Below, piece after piece: positions 63,459-64,000 of a stretch of DNA of 64,000 nt (the stretch's first letter is position 1; every line of letters begins with the position of its first letter). The notes beneath the pieces are model-generated. The model had not been told where the DNA came from, made no database searches, and was given only the letters and a program-made list of their open reading frames with translations. The stretch lies in sequence record OQ031493.1, one strand, 5' to 3'. A program made the translations under genes and the position numbers.

Positions 63459-64000
63459 ATGTTCTGTAAAGAAACCCAAGCTGCGATTGTTGGCTCAGCA
63501 CGTAGTCTAACTGAGGATAACCTTGTTCTAGTTATCCCTAATGAAACATATCCCCTTGCGGTCTTTGCAGATGGTTTCAGTGTAGATGGCAACTCTAATA
63601 AAGTTGCCCTCTCTGAAGAGCTGGAAGCATCTGTAGAAGAGTTCTTCGAGGAAGCTAACCAAGAGCAACCTGTTAGTGTAGAAGAAGAGCAAGAAGCTCT
63701 GATTGCACATGTCTGCTCATCATTACAAAAGATCCAATTCAATACGCAGAATGTTATTTGCCCTGCAATTGAATATATGGTACGTGTTTTTAATGAGCGT
63801 CAAAGCATTAGTTGTCAACCAGATGTAAGCGCTACATTCTACCACTATAATGCAGTTCATAGTGATCCACGCTTAACTGCACACGTTAGTACACGATACA
63901 ATAATTTACAGCCGCTACCTGAGTATCGTACCTTTATTCTAGAATCAATTGATGCTAATGAAATTATTCGGTTAGTGTCAATGGGTAATCCGCATCTAGA
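63459..64000 (+). CDS. partial ORF, probable virion head protein (runs off window)
   Basis: AAGGAG SD; open frame MFCKETQAAIVGSARSLTEDN... to window end; acidic segment with several S/A-x-E sites. Confidence 0.65.
   Translation, partial: MFCKETQAAIVGSARSLTEDNLVLVIPNETYPLAVFADGFSVDGNSNKVALSEELEASVEEFFEEANQEQPVSVEEEQEALIAHVCSSLQKIQFNTQNVICPAIEYMVRVFNERQSISCQPDVSATFYHYNAVHSDPRLTAHVSTRYNNLQPLPEYRTFILESIDANEIIRLVSMGNPHL

Overview
The window is an AT-rich, densely coding segment of a phiKZ-like nucleus-forming jumbo phage (Chimalliviridae). It is probably close to Pseudomonas Phikzvirus; this assignment is from memory of sequence and gene order, not from a search. The right end holds the conserved core block: virion RNA polymerase beta' (DFDGD) and beta subunits, a 2240-aa tail/tape-measure protein with a C-terminal lytic transglycosylase, and a gp182-like virion protein. 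The middle has a SNF2-type helicase and two probable virion proteins on the + strand. The remainder is a minus-strand accessory/early region of about 80 small genes, organised by repeated terminator + TATATTAC early-promoter cassettes. It includes thyA, dcd, tmk, an SspB adaptor, an HD (alarmone-hydrolase-like) protein, an RlaP-type nucleotidyltransferase, a SLOG protein, an AAA ATPase, a DEDDh exonuclease, a Tad1-like sponge and several paralog families. The most striking unexplained signal is a structured non-coding element at about 33560-33760. Its minus strand can base-pair, using only Watson-Crick and G-U pairs over 21 nt plus a second 17-nt block, with the 3' end of bacterial 16S rRNA (anti-Shine-Dalgarno and both strands of helix 45). 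Three N-runs limit interpretation locally. No tRNA, CRISPR array, intron or intein was recognised.
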